Shown here: one piece after another, positions 29,935 through 37,499 of the stretch
How the letters are laid out: the number at the start of each line of letters is the position of its first letter
Position numbering within the stretch: the stretch's first letter is position 1
DNA from: a virus
DNA: 38,952 nucleotides
Virus genome (UHGV): UHGV-0201407
Direction: 5' to 3' (one strand)
The notes under the pieces: model-generated
Database searches by the model: none
What the model saw: the letters and a program-made list of their open reading frames with translations, nothing else
Told to the model about the DNA's origin: nothing
Program-made: the position numbers and the translations under genes

Positions 29935-30525
29935 TCAATTAGTCCGTTTAATCGCCGCCGCCGTCAGATTTTCGATCTTCAAAAGCATTTCGGCGTCCTT
30001 TTCCTCGGCGATTCTCAATCGGTCGTCTGACGGAGCGTTGTAATGTTCTTTGAACTTGTCCTGAATGCGCCGAATCGTCCAGTCCGCTTTTTCGTTAATG
30101 AAAACGCCGTCCTTTCGGCATGCGCCCCAAAGAGCCGTTAAACCACCCAGAGCGGATAACGCGGCAACTTCCGACGCCGTCAGCGAATCGTTGAACTCCT
30201 TGATCGCCTGTTTTGTGTTGTAATCGCTGTTCACCAGTTCCATAACTTTGTCTTGGAACGCCTGACGCGCGATGAGAAAAGCCGAGTCGCCGCTTTTCTT
30301 TTCCGCTTTCTTCTTTCGAGCCGTCCAAAGCGAAATATCGGGCATTTTGCCGTAAAAATTTTCGTTCAAAACCACGTCCTTTGTGATTGCCGTAAATTCC
30401 TCGTCAGTGAACTCGTCCTTTACGATATCATACAGGAACGCCAGACATTCCTTGTCGGTAGGGGAAAACCCCTTTGCGACGCACGCCCCGATAAAATTCC
30501 GCCGAAAACAATCTTTTGTAAGCAT
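29935..30525 (-). CDS. replication-associated protein (helicase loader/inhibitor-like)
   Basis: Follows the initiator; Y...D...EEF, MP motif, ALGG...W. Confidence 0.55.
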   Translation of the reverse strand: MLTKDCFRRNFIGACVAKGFSPTDKECLAFLYDIVKDEFTDEEFTAITKDVVLNENFYGKMPDISLWTARKKKAEKKSGDSAFLIARQAFQDKVMELVNSDYNTKQAIKEFNDSLTASEVAALSALGGLTALWGACRKDGVFINEKADWTIRRIQDKFKEHYNAPSDDRLRIAEEKDAEMLLKIENLTAAAIKRTN

Positions 30526-30538
30526 TTCTTTCCTTTCT

Positions 30539-31072
30539 TCAAAAATCCCAAACTTCCGCGACCTGATCCATTACGGACGGCTTCTTTACGCCGCTCCCGC
30601 CGTTCCGCTTCTCCCACGTCCTGACCGCCGCTTTCCAGTCTTTCATTGGCTCTTTCCCGATGCGCCAGCCTTTCGATTCGTAAAAATCGAAAAATTCCTC
30701 CGGATCAACGGCGTTCCCGCGTTCCCGACAATAAGCGGAAACCTCTTCAACAGACGGCTTGATAAAACGCCCTTTCTTTTTTGTTTTTTCATCTTGATTT
30801 TCATCTTGATTTTCAAGTTGAAAATCATCTTGCTTTTCAAGATGATTATTTTTTGGCTTTTTTCCGCTGTTTTTGCGACTTCCGCCCCATTTTGAAAAAT
30901 CTCTAACATCAACCAGAGTTGACAGATATTCATCAATCAAAGAGTCGCCCGTCGGTTCAAATCTCTGTGTTTTGATAAGGGACAACAAATTTTCATCAGA
31001 AACGCCCAAACGAATAAGCGTGTCCAATTTCCGCTTATCGATAACGATTTTTACGTTTGTTTGATATTGCAT
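30539..31072 (-). CDS. replication initiator / replisome organiser
   Basis: C-term FIKPSVEEV.AYC.ER...DFYESKGW.IG..MKDWKAAVRTWE; internal iterons. Confidence 0.8.
   Translation of the reverse strand: MQYQTNVKIVIDKRKLDTLIRLGVSDENLLSLIKTQRFEPTGDSLIDEYLSTLVDVRDFSKWGGSRKNSGKKPKNNHLEKQDDFQLENQDENQDEKTKKKGRFIKPSVEEVSAYCRERGNAVDPEEFFDFYESKGWRIGKEPMKDWKAAVRTWEKRNGGSGVKKPSVMDQVAEVWDF
30786..30845. repeat. iteron-like 12-bp repeats (putative origin)
   Basis: TTTTCATCTTGA, TTTTCATCTTGA, TTTTCAAGTTGA, AAATCATCTTGC, TTTTCAAGATGA in 12-bp phase. Confidence 0.65.
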
Positions 31073-31089
31073 TTTTTCCCTTTAAGGCA

Positions 31090-31760
31090 CAGAACGTCGG
31101 GCGCGACCCCGTAAGGTTTGCCTTGTACTACAAAACGCCGTTCTGCATAAAAAAGGATTTTCCGTACAAGTTTTTTCGCACCCTCTATAAAACACCCGCT
31201 TTTCCCGATTGTCCAGAAAAAAAGCTTTCTGCCATACATTTTTTTACACAAAACCGATTCTGACAATATCGGGGAATATAACTTATGACACCACCTCACG
31301 CATAAGCTATTTGATTGATCCACTTAAACCTGACAAGATTTTCGTCGCTTTGTTATCAGCGCGGATTTTTCGGTATCCGTCGGGACTTCTCCCTTACCTC
31401 CCGTCATTTGCGTTTTAAGCTGTTTCAACATAAGGCTTGTCAACCCGATATTCTCTCCATTCCCCGCGCGACCGATAAACTGATCGCCAAGAGAGTGCGA
31501 CACCTCAAAATTTGTTTTCCGCTATTTAGAGGATTGCGGTTGTCTTGTTTTTGGCGGAAAGGCAAACAAGCCAAAGAAAACCTTTTCGCAATCAGTTCTT
31601 TCGCTTGATTCTGAAAAAGTGGATAATTTCAGACAAAACTGTTTGCGTTTCAGCTGTTTGAATAAATTAAAAAGGGCGGGTTAAACAGCTTAAAAAAAAC
31701 CTGCAAGGTAGCTACTCCCTGCATTTTTTCGCCCTTTCTTTCAGAAAAGACGCGCTTTTC
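31090..31760. ncRNA. hairpin-rich non-coding tract (possible structured RNA/leader)
   Basis: No credible ORF; many nested inverted repeats. Confidence 0.4.
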
Positions 31761-31791
31761 GATTTTTGCAAGAAAAAAATGAAACGGACGC

Positions 31792-31820
31792 AAAAAAAAA
31801 CGGCGGGGAGTTCCCCACCG
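31792..31820 (-). terminator. intrinsic terminator after VRR-NUC gene
   Basis: Minus strand CGGTGGGGA-ac-TCCCCGCCG-TTTTTTTTT. Confidence 0.85.
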
Positions 31821-31825
31821 CTCTT

Positions 31826-32152
31826 TTACAGCTCCGATTCGCACCATTTCACGGCGTCATCGACAGACCGCCAAATCAGGTAATTGAACCCCAGCGACTC
31901 GACGCGCCGCTGAAATTCTTTCTGTTCGTCGGACTGCCGCCCCTTTTCTGTCTTCACCTCGACAAAGAGCGCGTTTCCGATCGGCAACAGGATTTCCAAG
32001 TCGGCGACGCCGGCATTCGCTCCCTCCGCTTTAAGCTTCGCTCCGGTGACGGCATCGCGCCGCCCCCCGTTCGGAATGGCGAAAACCTCAAAGCCGCGGA
32101 GTCGCAAATATCGGACAATCGCCACCTGTATGTTGTGTTCCTCTTGCCGCAT
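31826..32152 (-). CDS. VRR-NUC domain nuclease
   Basis: EH.IQ, FAIPNGG.R, GVADL, FVEVKT.KGRQS.EQ. Confidence 0.92.
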   Translation of the reverse strand: MRQEEHNIQVAIVRYLRLRGFEVFAIPNGGRRDAVTGAKLKAEGANAGVADLEILLPIGNALFVEVKTEKGRQSDEQKEFQRRVESLGFNYLIWRSVDDAVKWCESEL

Positions 32153-32155
32153 CGG

Positions 32156-32455
32156 TCAAATCCCCAGCGCGCGCCGGTACTGTTCAACAACGTATTCTTG
32201 CGACTCGCGTTCCTGATCGTCCATTTTGCGGATTTTCAGCAGTTCCTTAATCGCCTTTACGTCGAATTTCGCCGCTTTGGCTTCTTCAAAGATTTCTTTG
32301 ATATCGTTTTGCAGGACTTTCTTTTCTTCTTCGAGATGTTCGATCCGTTCCAGATAGGACAAGAGCCGATTCGCGTCAACGCCGTTCACGATTTCCAATC
32401 CGTTCGCTTTATCCGCTTCTTTGATAAATTCCGCCGAGTCTTTTGTGTCAGTCAT
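32156..32455 (-). CDS. gapR: GapR/DUF2312 nucleoid-associated protein
   Basis: LLSYLERIEHLEEEKK...DIKEIF.EAK...FDVKAIK.LLKIRKMD. Confidence 0.88.
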   Translation of the reverse strand: MTDTKDSAEFIKEADKANGLEIVNGVDANRLLSYLERIEHLEEEKKVLQNDIKEIFEEAKAAKFDVKAIKELLKIRKMDDQERESQEYVVEQYRRALGI

Positions 32456-32654
32456 TTTTTTCACCTTTCAACATTTTTTTGAAAACGAAAAATTCGTCTT
32501 TTTTCAACAGTTTTGCGATTTTCCGAATCGACTTCGGAATCGCGATTCCCTCGTTGCACCAACGCCACGCCTGCGCGTCCGTGATACCGATCTGATCGGC
32601 AAGCTCCTTATACGACAATCTGTTTTTTTGCCGATATGCTTCTAAAAGATTCAT
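32448..32654 (-). CDS. Cro-like HTH regulator
   Basis: YRQKNRLSYKELADQIGITDAQAWRW; GGAGG RBS; first gene of a divergent operon. Confidence 0.8.
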   Translation of the reverse strand: MNLLEAYRQKNRLSYKELADQIGITDAQAWRWCNEGIAIPKSIRKIAKLLKKDEFFVFKKMLKGEKND

Positions 32655-32732
32655 ATTGTCACCTCCTTTTTCCTTGATAGGTATACTTTTAAAAAAAAGA
32701 AACAAAAAAATACATTTTTTGTAAAAAAAATC

Positions 32733-32761
32733 TTGACGGCGGTCGCGGTATGTTGTAAAAA
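32733..32761 (+). promoter_or_regulatory. sigma70-type promoter for the rightward operon
   Basis: TTGACG-17-TAAAAA preceded by an A-tract UP-like element. Confidence 0.55.
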
Positions 32762-32958
32762 TGGATTTGTAAGGACGGGAACGGACTTACAAGCCACCCC
32801 GCAGACCGGCGGCTAAACGGGCAGGGGAACGGAACGCTGAAAAAGCGAGGTTTTAGCCTACGGTTGCGCGGTCGGCTTCGGTCGGTGTCGGCAAGGGAAA
32901 AAATAAAACGCTGGCGGTCGCCGGATTGGGTGAAAATCCCGTGATGTCAAAAATTTTG

Positions 32959-32983
32959 AAAGGGGCGAGAGATTGCCCCTTTT
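32959..32983 (+). terminator. leader terminator/attenuator
   Basis: AAAGGGGC-N8-GCCCCTTTT just before the first rightward gene. Confidence 0.6.
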
Positions 32984-33009
32984 ATAATTTCTGGCAAAGG
33001 AGAAAGAAA

Positions 33010-33270
33010 ATGAAAGAAAGAATGTTGAAAATAAAAATCGCCGATTTGCCGACTACGGGCAACCTCTGCGGTCTGATCCGTCAGCTGGCGGGCGTGAGCG
33101 GTCAAAAATACCGCGACGCGCATCGTTGCCGCGCTAATGCGGCGGAGGGCGACAACGTCGATCTGAACCCCGCGAATCGTCATATTGATGAACAACGCGC
33201 GGCGGTGGAAGCCTTCCGCGCGAAGTACGGTCAAATGACCGTCGGCGAATATTTGGCTCTTAAAAATTAA
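33010..33270 (+). CDS. hypothetical protein
   Basis: AAGGAG RBS; 86 aa. Confidence 0.7.
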   Translation: MKERMLKIKIADLPTTGNLCGLIRQLAGVSGQKYRDAHRCRANAAEGDNVDLNPANRHIDEQRAAVEAFRAKYGQMTVGEYLALKN

Positions 33271-33284
33271 GAGGGAGAAAGGAA

Positions 33285-33476
33285 ATGGCTAGTTTGAATT
33301 CTTACGAGAACAGAATCGTCAAAAATTATTTGGCAAACGGCGGGAAACGCCAGCGCGTTTTTATGTACGATTTTGTCCCAAACGGGGACGGGACGTATTC
33401 AAAACGTCGCTGCGGATCGCGAGTCGAAAACAACATTGAGCTGTATTATCGGCTCACTCATGAAATCGACCAATGA
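33285..33476 (+). CDS. hypothetical protein
   Basis: GGGAG/AAGGA RBS. Confidence 0.7.
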   Translation: MASLNSYENRIVKNYLANGGKRQRVFMYDFVPNGDGTYSKRRCGSRVENNIELYYRLTHEIDQ

Positions 33477-33622
33477 ATCTGGTTGATTATCTCGTCGATC
33501 AGCTCGACGGCGTCGCCCGGTCTTTGAAGAATTTTAAAGACCTTTCCGATTACGAGAGGTCTTATAAAATCGGGGAGCTCACCTATCTTGTTGGTGAGCT
33601 GAAAAAGGAAATCAAAAAATGA
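33473..33622 (+). CDS. hypothetical protein (49 aa, not in ORF track)
   Basis: MNLVDYLVDQLDG...KKEIKK*, ATGA overlaps at both ends. Confidence 0.6.
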   Translation: MNLVDYLVDQLDGVARSLKNFKDLSDYERSYKIGELTYLVGELKKEIKK

Positions 33623-33777
33623 AAGAAATGTTTTTTGCTGGTCTATGCGGCGTCTTGTTGACGTTCGCGCTGGTGTTCAGCGTCGACGCCGAAGTCGCCC
33701 GCATTGATCGGGCGAACGGAATCGCGCCGCGTGATTGCGTGTTTAAAACGAACTGCTGGAAAGGGGATTTGACATGA
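33619..33777 (+). CDS. small signal/TM protein (52 aa, not in ORF track)
   Basis: MKEMFFAGLCGVLLTFALVFSVDA...; ATGA overlaps at both ends. Confidence 0.6.
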   Translation: MKEMFFAGLCGVLLTFALVFSVDAEVARIDRANGIAPRDCVFKTNCWKGDLT

Positions 33778-34442
33778 CGGCAGAAAAAAAAGCGATTGAC
33801 GTTCTGGGCGAAATCCAGAGCGAATTAAAAGCCCCGAAAGGGCAATACAACAAATTCGGGGGATACGCCTACCGTTCCTGCGAGGACATTTTGGAAGCGG
33901 TCAAACCGCTTTTGAAGAAAGCGGGGGCGGCGTTGACGATTTCCGATTCGGTCAATTTGTGCGGGGATCGTGTTTATGTCGGGGCGGTCGTTCGTTTTCA
34001 TTTCGGCGGAGAAGTGATCGAAACACACGCTTTCGCCCGTGAACCCTTGGAAAAGAAAGGAATGGATTCCAGTCAAATCACGGGCGCGGCGTCGTCATAC
34101 GCGCGAAAATATGCCTTGAACGGTATGTTCTGCATCGACGATACCAAAGACGCCGATGCGACAAACACGGGCGACTTTCAGAAAAAACAAACCGCCCCCG
34201 CCCCTGCCGCAAAACCCGCGCAAACGGCAAAAAAAGAACCGACTTTGAAAGAGCGGTTCGATCGTTGCAAAAATTATTTTGCCCAAGCACCCGACGGATC
34301 GATTTTGATTAACGCCCCCGCGAACGAAAAACTGGTTAAAGGCGCGAACGAAATCATCAGCGAGCTGAAACAGGCGGGCAGAACGAACGAAGCCGTCGAG
34401 TTGGAAAAGCTGATCAATTCGAAGTTGAAAAAGGGAGAATGA
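33774..34442 (+). CDS. erf: ERF family single-strand annealing protein
   Basis: IQSELKAPKGQYNKFG.Y.YRSCEDILEAVKPLL, QITGAASSYARKYAL.G.F.IDD..D.D. Confidence 0.93.
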   Translation: MTAEKKAIDVLGEIQSELKAPKGQYNKFGGYAYRSCEDILEAVKPLLKKAGAALTISDSVNLCGDRVYVGAVVRFHFGGEVIETHAFAREPLEKKGMDSSQITGAASSYARKYALNGMFCIDDTKDADATNTGDFQKKQTAPAPAAKPAQTAKKEPTLKERFDRCKNYFAQAPDGSILINAPANEKLVKGANEIISELKQAGRTNEAVELEKLINSKLKKGE

Positions 34443-34443
34443 A

Positions 34444-34938
34444 ATGGCGTATATGGAAAAGGACGTGGCGGACTTATTGTCCGCAATGGACGCGAGCTTT
34501 GACGAGGAAACGGGCGACTGGCGCGAATGCGACGAACTGGCGTTTCAGCAGTTGGCTGACGAATGCGTCCGTCCGAAGTTGGAACGGATGCAGAAAGCCC
34601 GCGTTGCGCTGGCGGGCGATATCGCCGCCGTTGATGCCGAAATCAAACGGCTTCAAGAAAGAAAGAAATCGTTGCAGAGAAACGACGACCGCTTGGCGAA
34701 TCGTATTCTTTTCGGCTTAAACGCCGTCTATGACGGAAAGCTGAAAACGCCGTTGTTCACGTTTTCCCGCCGCCTGTCGGAGCGTCTGATCGTTGACGAC
34801 GAAAAAGCCGTTCCGCCCGAATTTTTGAAAACGAAAACCGAGGTCGACAAGGCGGCATTGAAAAAGCACATCAAGGAAACGGGCGAAATTTTCAACGGCG
34901 TTCACTTTGAAGAAACGGAAAGTCTTTCCGTCCGATGA
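34444..34938 (+). CDS. siphovirus Gp157 family protein
   Basis: Coiled coil AEIKRLQERKK, KTPLFTFS.R, VPPEF..VDK..LK. Confidence 0.85.
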   Translation: MAYMEKDVADLLSAMDASFDEETGDWRECDELAFQQLADECVRPKLERMQKARVALAGDIAAVDAEIKRLQERKKSLQRNDDRLANRILFGLNAVYDGKLKTPLFTFSRRLSERLIVDDEKAVPPEFLKTKTEVDKAALKKHIKETGEIFNGVHFEETESLSVR

Positions 34939-35360
34939 GAATTTATTTTCATCAGAACGCCACCGCCGCCGATGTTGAACAGCGGCTTTTAAAGCCGTTT
35001 TACGCAATGTTGACGGCGGCGAAAAACGGCGTGGACGTGGAATTGTCAGAACATAAACACCGACGTTCAACGGCGCAGAACGCTTTTTACTGGTCGAATA
35101 TGACCGATGTTGCGGTCGTTTTGAACGAAGCGGGTTGCGGATACGGGGAATACAGAATCCCGTACACGGCGGAAGTTGTCCACGAAATCAATAAAACGAT
35201 TTTCGGGCAAAAAACGACAACAAAAATGGCGGTTGCGGAATTTTCCGCATATATGACCGCCGTCTTTGATTTTTGGATTGAACGGACAAGAGGTTTTTTC
35301 GTTCCGAAAGAATCGGCGGAAAGCTACCTAGACCGTTCCGGATATTTGAAAGGAGAATAA
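34935..35360 (+). CDS. NinB-like recombination protein
   Basis: RRSTAQNAFYW, TTKM...EFS.Y. Confidence 0.65.
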   Translation: MRIYFHQNATAADVEQRLLKPFYAMLTAAKNGVDVELSEHKHRRSTAQNAFYWSNMTDVAVVLNEAGCGYGEYRIPYTAEVVHEINKTIFGQKTTTKMAVAEFSAYMTAVFDFWIERTRGFFVPKESAESYLDRSGYLKGE

Positions 35361-35363
35361 AAA

Positions 35364-35831
35364 ATGGCGGGATTAAATCGCGCGATGATTATCGGGAACG
35401 TCGGAAACGCGCCCGAAATCAGGACGGCGGCGGACGGACGCAAAGTCGCCACTTTTTCGCTGGCGACGTCCGAGTCTTGGAAAGACAAGGAAACGGGCGA
35501 AAAGAAAGAAGCGACAGATTGGCACCGCGTCGTTTGTTTCAATCAGAACCTTTGCGGCGTGATTGAACAATACGTCAAGAAAGGATCAAAGTTGTACGTC
35601 GAAGGTCAGATGAAGACTCGGAAATGGACGGACAACAGCGGCATTGAACGCTATACGACCGAAGTCGTCTTGTCGGCGTTCCGCGGCGAAATTCAGTTAC
35701 TGGACAGCAAAGGTAACGGTGGATCGTATCCGCCTGCTGCGGAAGCGTCCGACTATGACGACAAAACGACGGGCGCGGCATACGCTCCGTCTAATGCGCC
35801 GGGATTTGACGACCAAGTCCCTTTTGATTGA
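35364..35831 (+). CDS. ssb: single-stranded DNA-binding protein
   Basis: LNRAMIIGNVG, WH.VV.F, KGSKLYVEG...TRKW, acidic DDQVPF tail. Confidence 0.97.
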   Translation: MAGLNRAMIIGNVGNAPEIRTAADGRKVATFSLATSESWKDKETGEKKEATDWHRVVCFNQNLCGVIEQYVKKGSKLYVEGQMKTRKWTDNSGIERYTTEVVLSAFRGEIQLLDSKGNGGSYPPAAEASDYDDKTTGAAYAPSNAPGFDDQVPFD

Positions 35832-35878
35832 AGCCGTATAGGCGCGGCTTAAAATAAAGCCTTGATAATTTGATAAAA

Positions 35879-35907
35879 GATGATATACCTGTAAAAGGTA
35901 TATCATC
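35879..35907. repeat. perfect 12-bp inverted repeat (operator or minus-strand terminator)
   Basis: GATGATATACCT-gtaaa-AGGTATATCATC; followed by TTTTAT on minus strand. Confidence 0.7.
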
Positions 35908-36027
35908 GAGCGAGGGACTTATGGCAAGTCCTTAAAGGTAAGGAAAATCCTAATTATAAAACGGGTTATTGTGCAAATCGTTTAAATCAATCGTTCGCCG
36001 CCGCAGAACGGGCAAGGTTTAAGAGGT

Positions 36028-36120
36028 TCAGTCATCGCAACCGCACCCTTTCTTTTTTTTGTTCTTAACAACCGCAATCACACCGCCGACAAGGGCGGAC
36101 AAACCCAAAAATTCAAGCAT
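36028..36120 (-). CDS. 30-aa hydrophobic peptide (type I toxin-like)
   Basis: MLEFLGLSALVGGVIAVVKNKKKKGCGCDD*; extended -10 TGTTATAAA 6 nt upstream of ATG. Confidence 0.5.
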   Translation of the reverse strand: MLEFLGLSALVGGVIAVVKNKKKKGCGCDD

Positions 36121-36203
36121 TTTCTTTTTATAACACATGCATAATTTTACGCATGTTCCAGACGGAGAACATACTCGAAAAAAGAATTCAGTTAATCTCA
36201 AAA

Positions 36204-36609
36204 ACAGGGTGTTTGCGGAATAAAAGAATACGCAAAACGGGCTTCGTAACCCGCAGTGAGTCGCCCTGTCTAACAGGTTGTCGCTGAATATGGGGAATAA
36301 AGCGACGTTGCCCGTGTGAAATTGGAAATAAGCACGGGATAACAAAATAGTACCGACCTGCCCTTTTGGACGGCGTCGAATATCAAATAAGACGCGACCG
36401 CCCGACAAGCCGAGAAACGAGTCGGGGCAACGGTTGAATGTTGTACAAGCGTCCTACATTGGGGATTTTGCCGAATATCGGGCGAATAAGGCAAAGCATT
36501 TTGGGAAGTGCAAACATGAAATCCCCGCCATTTTAAACGCCGATTTCCGCCGAATAAGCAAAAGCGAATAAGCGGAAAGCCGTCAGAAGCTTGTTGAGAG
36601 TCGGCGTTT
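36204..36609 (+). ncRNA. putative structured RNA: five tandem three-way-junction modules with GAAUA double loops
   Basis: Five closing stems, each enclosing a hairpin with GAATA-Nx-(G)AATA(A) loop plus a second hairpin; G-U pairs favour the + strand. Confidence 0.65.
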
Positions 36610-36630
36610 TCTTTTTATAAGGGAAAAAGA

Positions 36631-36789
36631 ATGGCGGAAAAAGACGAAAAGGACGCGGAAATCGCCCGTTTGCGCGACGCGTTAGATACGATCGTCGGAT
36701 TGTTTGAAATTAACGGCGGTTTTTGGGCGGTTGCTGAAAAAATGCACGAAACGGCGAAACAAGCATTGAAGAAAGGAAAAGAAGAATGA
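36631..36789 (+). CDS. hypothetical protein (52 aa, not in ORF track)
   Basis: MAEKDEKDAEIARLRDAL...KEE*; AAGGGA RBS; ATGA overlap with the next gene. Confidence 0.65.
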   Translation: MAEKDEKDAEIARLRDALDTIVGLFEINGGFWAVAEKMHETAKQALKKGKEE

Positions 36790-37499
36790 AACATTTTAAA
36801 CTTAGAACCGATTTAACGGCAGAATTTTTCGGAAAAACACTTTTTCGCATTGAAGCGACGCGCGATATCGAAAAATTAGGTGTCAAAAAAGGCGAATTGG
36901 GCGGCTTTGTTGAAAGCGAAGACAATTTGTCCGGCAACGCGTGGGTGTACGGCGACGCGCGGGTATCCGGCGACGCGCAGGTGTACGGCGACGCGCAGGT
37001 GTACGGCGACGCGCAGGTGTACGGCGACGCGCGGGTGTACGGCGACGCGCGGGTATCCGGCAACGCGCAGGTGTACGGCGACGCGCGGGTGTACGGCGAC
37101 GCGCGGGTGTACGGCGACGCGTGGGTGTCCGGCAACGCGCAGGTGTACGGCGACGCGCAGGTGTACGGCGACGCGCGGGTGTACGGCGACGCGTGGGTGT
37201 CCGGCGACGCGCGGGTGTACGGCGACGCGCAGGTGTACGGCGACGCGCGGGTGTACGGCGATAAAATCGAAAAAGAAAACGATTTGATCAATATCACTTC
37301 CAACGTCGGATCGTACAATATCACGATTACGCCGAAGCATATCAAAATTGGGTGTCAGTACCATTCAAAAGTTGCGTGGTTTAATTTTTCCGACAATGAA
37401 ATTGAAAAAATGGACGGCGAAACCGCCGTTAAATGGTGGAAAACGTGGAAGCCCCTTTTGAAGGCGATTTGCGACGGTTTGAAAGAAAAAAACGAATGA
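36786..37499 (+). CDS. hexapeptide-repeat (left-handed beta-helix) protein
   Basis: GKTLFRIEA, GELGGFVESE.NLS, ~18x [WRQ]V[YS]G[DN]A, C-term IKIGCQ.H. Confidence 0.88.
   Translation: MKHFKLRTDLTAEFFGKTLFRIEATRDIEKLGVKKGELGGFVESEDNLSGNAWVYGDARVSGDAQVYGDAQVYGDAQVYGDARVYGDARVSGNAQVYGDARVYGDARVYGDAWVSGNAQVYGDAQVYGDARVYGDAWVSGDARVYGDAQVYGDARVYGDKIEKENDLINITSNVGSYNITITPKHIKIGCQYHSKVAWFNFSDNEIEKMDGETAVKWWKTWKPLLKAICDGLKEKNE
36930..37262 (+). repeat. 18-bp coding tandem repeat (~18 copies)
   Basis: Consensus CGGGTGTACGGCGACGCG with variation at few positions. Confidence 0.95.

Noticed and set aside
31051..31323. 90-aa minus-strand ORF upstream of the initiator
   Set aside because: No clear RBS, atypical composition, overlaps the initiator start and hairpin-rich DNA
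36028..36408. Full 126-aa minus-strand ORF
   Set aside because: The upstream part overlaps the structured array and looks non-coding; only the last 30 codons resemble a real peptide
36204..36609. GAATA array as CRISPR, ToxI or TIGR array
   Set aside because: No conserved direct repeat of 20 nt or more, no box C/D motifs, and no Cas, ToxN or Nop-domain gene recognised
36930..37262. Tandem repeat as a CRISPR array
   Set aside because: No unique spacers; the 18-bp period is in frame within a protein with conserved flanking domains; no cas genes
36710..37364. Alternative-frame ORFs over the repeat (PYTRAS, AVHPRV, CTATRG, VRRRAG)
   Set aside because: Artefacts of a stop-free 18-bp repeat
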